A stretch of DNA of 24,000 nt, taken from NCBI RefSeq assembly GCF_038049925.1, contig NZ_CP145809.1, forward strand, positions 2,180,599 through 2,204,598. Reading direction: 5' to 3'. The translations under genes and the position numbers were made by a program. Origin of the DNA: Georgenia sp. M64 (lineage in GTDB: Bacteria; Actinomycetota; Actinomycetes; Actinomycetales; Actinomycetaceae). Position 1 is the first letter of the stretch, and every line of letters starts with the position of its first letter. Positions 22,946-24,000 of the stretch are shown piece by piece. The notes under the pieces were generated by a model that was given only the letters and a program-made list of their open reading frames with translations, was not told the origin of the DNA and searched no databases.

Positions 22946-24000
22946 TCACTGCACCAGCGGCAGCTGGACGCGTCGCACCTTGCCACGGTCCACGGCCAGC
23001 CCCCGCCCGGGCGGGAACTCGGCCCGCTGCACCCGGGGGAAGCTCGTGCGGAAGATCGTGTCGCCCTCGATGCTCTCGGGCTGCAGGGCGATCCCGCGCC
23101 GGCCGTTGCGGACCTCGGCGAGCAGCGGCCACGACGACCCCCACGCCGACGTCTCGGCCTCGGCGACGACGAGGTGGTCGTTGCGCCGGGCCGCCTGGAT
23201 CAGCTCGGTGAGCGGCCGCTCGGCCGGACCGGAGAGGAAGTCCGCGAGGCTCTCCACGACGAGGACGATCCCCGTCTCCCCGTCCCCGGGCGGGCGCCCG
23301 AACAGCGGCAGGACCTCCTTGGCGACCTCGGCGACGTCGGCCGCGCCGGTCGCCGAGCGCTCCCAGCCGGGCAGCCCGGCGAGCTCCGAGCGCCGGGCGG
23401 CCAGATGGACGAACCGGGCGTCGGGTCGGGCGGCGCGCACCGACGCCGTGAGCCAGCGCAGGGCGTTGGTGCGCCCGGACTCCGGGGGGCCGGCGACGAG
23501 GAACGTCCCGGCCGGGGCGAAGCCGACCGGCTCGAGCGTGTCGTCCGCGACACCGAGGACGGGCCACCCGTCGACGCTCGCCGGCATCTCGCGGGCGGGC
23601 ACGAGCGCCGGCAGGCGCCGGACCGGGGGCGCCTCGGGCGTGCCGCCGCGGCGCAGCGTCCCGGCGAGCGACTCGACGGCGCGGACCTGCTCGGCGAGGT
23701 TCGGGCTCCCGCCGAGGACGGCGATCTGCATCTCCAGCCCCTCGGGCGTGATGGCGCGCCCCGGCGGGGAGGCGGGGTCGAGGACGTCCTTCGGCGCACC
23801 GAGCTGGAGGTAGGCCTGCTCGTCGGCCTGGCGCATGACCACCCGCCGGGGCAGCGAGCCGGTCACCGAGATGGGGATTGCGCCGGGGCGGTCGGCCGTC
23901 ACCGCGACGTGGACCCCGGCGGAGCGGCCGTCGACGAGGATCTGGAGGAACAGCTGGTACCAGGGGGCCCGCCCGGGAACGGTCTCCCAGTCGGCCCGGA
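22946..24000 (-). CDS. eccC: Type VII secretion FtsK/SpoIIIE-family ATPase EccC (C-terminal ~350 aa; gene continues beyond window end)
   Basis: The track ORF 22946..23902 starts at an internal GTG. The same frame stays open to nt 24000 (…RADWETVPGRAPWYQLFLQILVDGRSAGVHVAV-TADRPGA…). This is the last P-loop domain (FLVAGPPESGRTNAL, IVLVVESLADF). The WXG100 gene lies immediately downstream. Confidence 0.9.
   Translation of the reverse strand, partial: RADWETVPGRAPWYQLFLQILVDGRSAGVHVAVTADRPGAIPISVTGSLPRRVVMRQADEQAYLQLGAPKDVLDPASPPGRAITPEGLEMQIAVLGGSPNLAEQVRAVESLAGTLRRGGTPEAPPVRRLPALVPAREMPASVDGWPVLGVADDTLEPVGFAPAGTFLVAGPPESGRTNALRWLTASVRAARPDARFVHLAARRSELAGLPGWERSATGAADVAEVAKEVLPLFGRPPGDGETGIVLVVESLADFLSGPAERPLTELIQAARRNDHLVVAEAETSAWGSSWPLLAEVRNGRRGIALQPESIEGDTIFRTSFPRVQRAEFPPGRGLAVDRGKVRRVQLPLVQ

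Overview
This is a very GC-rich (roughly 70%+) actinobacterial chromosome segment, probably Micrococcales-like; I cannot name the genus. About 19 kb is conserved core synteny. It runs, in order: a maltose/maltodextrin cluster (malG' - malF - malE on the minus strand, divergent LacI-type malR, then a GH13 alpha-glucosidase); dus; a YibE/F membrane protein; glyQS; a znuA-znuC-znuB-zur zinc-uptake operon with a coupled DedA-like gene; an Rpf-LysM resuscitation-promoting factor; and uppS - recO - leuA on the minus strand. The last ~4.3 kb (19.67-24.0 kb, all minus strand) is the accessory, interesting part. It holds the 3' end of a type VII secretion ATPase (eccC), a single Trp-less WXG100 (EsxA-like) gene and a GC hairpin. 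After these come four genes joined by three consecutive ATGA stop/start overlaps: a 100-aa helical protein, a 393-aa protein, a 267-aa protein with an acidic Gly/Ala repeat insert, and a 140-aa two-TM protein. The 393-aa protein has an N-terminal W-x-G helical hairpin, a Gly/Trp-rich segment, a glycine-zipper hydrophobic block and a small C-terminal domain. I read this as an uncharacterised T7SS effector / partner / candidate-immunity cassette; the function is inference only. Other non-standard signals are listed here.
- A perfect (CCCCAGCA)x9 microsatellite sits 8 nt upstream of the alpha-glucosidase ribosome-binding site, giving a G4N4 quadruplex motif on the template strand.
- A leucine leader-peptide attenuator (…QLLLLC…) with three interchangeable 9-12-nt arms lies upstream of leuA.
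- A ~350-bp spacer is packed with three different tandem-repeat families.
- Short tandem duplications include the stop codons of rpf and of the 140-aa gene.
- A 5-copy ~23-bp array lies behind uppS.
- Two Zur-box-like palindromes sit over a probably leaderless znuA.
Most of the very long ORFs in the supplied track are antisense or out-of-frame GC artefacts and were rejected.
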